A stretch of 64,000 nt of DNA from contig NC_086109.1 of the NCBI RefSeq assembly GCF_963921235.1, positions 14,014,001 through 14,078,000 of the forward strand. The letters are read 5' to 3'. Positions within the stretch are counted from its first letter, which is position 1. Each line of letters starts with the position of its first letter. Under the pieces are notes generated by a model. The model did not search any database and was not told where the DNA came from. It was given only the letters and a program-made list of their open reading frames with translations. Below are positions 62,420-64,000 of this stretch, one piece after another. The position numbers and the translations under genes are program-made. Source of the stretch: Mobula hypostoma. Lineage: Eukaryota.

Positions 62420-64000
62420 GTAAGTTGCCAACACCAGGGCCGGAATTAGGAGAGTCAAATTTAACTTGTAGCTTGAGTTGAACCCTACCTAGGTCGACCA
62501 TTACTGCCGAGTAACTTCTGCTAAAGCAGGCCAGTTTGAACAGAAAACGCTAGAAATACTCAGCAGGTCAGGCAGCTTCTGCGGGAAGAGAAACAGAGTT
62601 AACTCTTTGGTCAAGGAGCCTTTGCCAGAACAAGGAAAGAATAAACTGAAGTATAGGGAAAGAAGGATAGGTTAAAGGGAATATCTATATTAGAGTGAAC
62701 ATCTTTGTATTTCTGTATAGAAGCTGTTACATTTATCTGTGCAAATGACAAAATTGCTTTGAATATTATAGTAAATGATTAGGTTCAAAATTACAGAGGA
62801 AGAGCTGCAGTTTTAGCATTGCAGTTGGGAGACAAGAATCAGTGAATGTTGTATTCAAGTCACAACTGTAAGATACAAAAGAATAAGCACAATGGTACTT
62901 TCTGAACTGGTAATAATCCTTGTCTAAGCAAAAAACTACGATCAAGAATGGTGACCTTCATACCTTCCACTATTACCTTTCCCCTAAGCCATGCTATGAA
63001 CTCTCTAAGAAATTTTTGCTGCTTACTTTATAGAGATCCTGTTCTTCGGGATCAGAATCAGGATGATTATCACCGGCATGTGTCGTGAAATTCTTCATCT
63101 CTTGCTCGCTGTCTCCAACAGTACAATTAATGATACCACTTCCTCTGTTTTCTGCGTTCACCCTCTCCACCCGCCATGTTGCAGCGGTACAAGGTGGTGT
63201 CGAGGCCACACGTGGAGAACTGTGTACGGCAGTGACACAAACTGTACAAAGGGTGCCATTAAGCTAGAGAGGGTTCAAAGAGGACTTGCGAGGTTGTTGT
63301 CAGGGCTCAATGGGAAGTGTTTGAGCAGGCTAGGACTCTAATCCCTGGAGCATTGGAGACTGAGGAGGTGATATTCTGGAGTTGTATCAAATCATGAGGA
63401 GCATCAAATTTTATTTATTGATATACAGCGTGGAATAGGCCCTCCTGACCATTCATGCCGTGCTGCCTAGCAACCCCCGATTTAATCCTAGTATAATAAC
63501 TGGACAACTTACAATGCCCAATTAGCCTACCTCGTCTTTGGAATGTGGGAGGAAACTGGAGCACCCAGAGGAAACCCGCACAGTCACGGGGAGAACGTAC
63601 AAACTCCTTAAAGGCAACGGCGGGAATTGAACCCGGGAATGAGCACAGTCTTTTTCCACGAGGTTAGAGGATCAAGAACCAGAAGGCATGTGTTTAGGTT
63701 GAGAAAGGAAAGACTTCCCAGGAACCTGCCGTTGCGGGCGGGGGAGCAACTTTTTCCTCCAGAAGGTAACTTGCATATGGAATGAGCTGTCAGAGGATTG
63801 CGATAAAGCAAGTTCATTAACAGCATTTGAAAGGTACTTGACAAGTACCTGGATAGGGGAATATGGACCAAGTACAGGCAAATGGAGCAAACTTGGATGG
63901 ACATCTTGATCGGCATGGACAAGTTCTGCTGAAGAGCTTGTTTCTGTGCTGTATGACTTGGTTAAGTGACCAAACAAATTGCTTGGCAGCTAAGAAGCAG

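Noticed and set aside
62075..62449. 124-aa single-exon ORF
   Set aside because: Only 62197-62419 is bounded by splice sites and similar to SoxD; the flanks are intron read-through.

Overview
This is eukaryotic, repeat-dense vertebrate DNA. The repeat mix (CR1, Rex1/Babar, L2, L1, Penelope-like elements, V-/Deu-type tRNA SINEs, Tc1) points to a cartilaginous fish, probably a ray; this is an inference. Most ORFs in the supplied track are transposon debris or chance frames. The only host gene I can support is the 5' part of a SoxD transcription factor on the + strand (most likely SOX13). It has a clean coding exon at 62197-62419 and two candidate alternative first exons (donors after 3555 and 45528), both of which would splice in frame, so most of the window is probably SoxD 5' intron. 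The most notable signals are: (1) a 542-bp RTE-derived non-autonomous retroposon whose 5' end folds into a complete HDV-like double-pseudoknot ribozyme with an unusually long L3 loop; (2) Penelope-derived fold-back elements carrying minimal type I hammerhead ribozymes, including a 131-bp-arm palindrome with one hammerhead on each strand; (3) a fossil Ty1/copia (GalEa-like) reverse transcriptase; and (4) two Tc1 transposons, one with an internal micro-inversion. Boundaries of old repeats are approximate and were read by eye. Family names come from recalled motifs, not from database searches.
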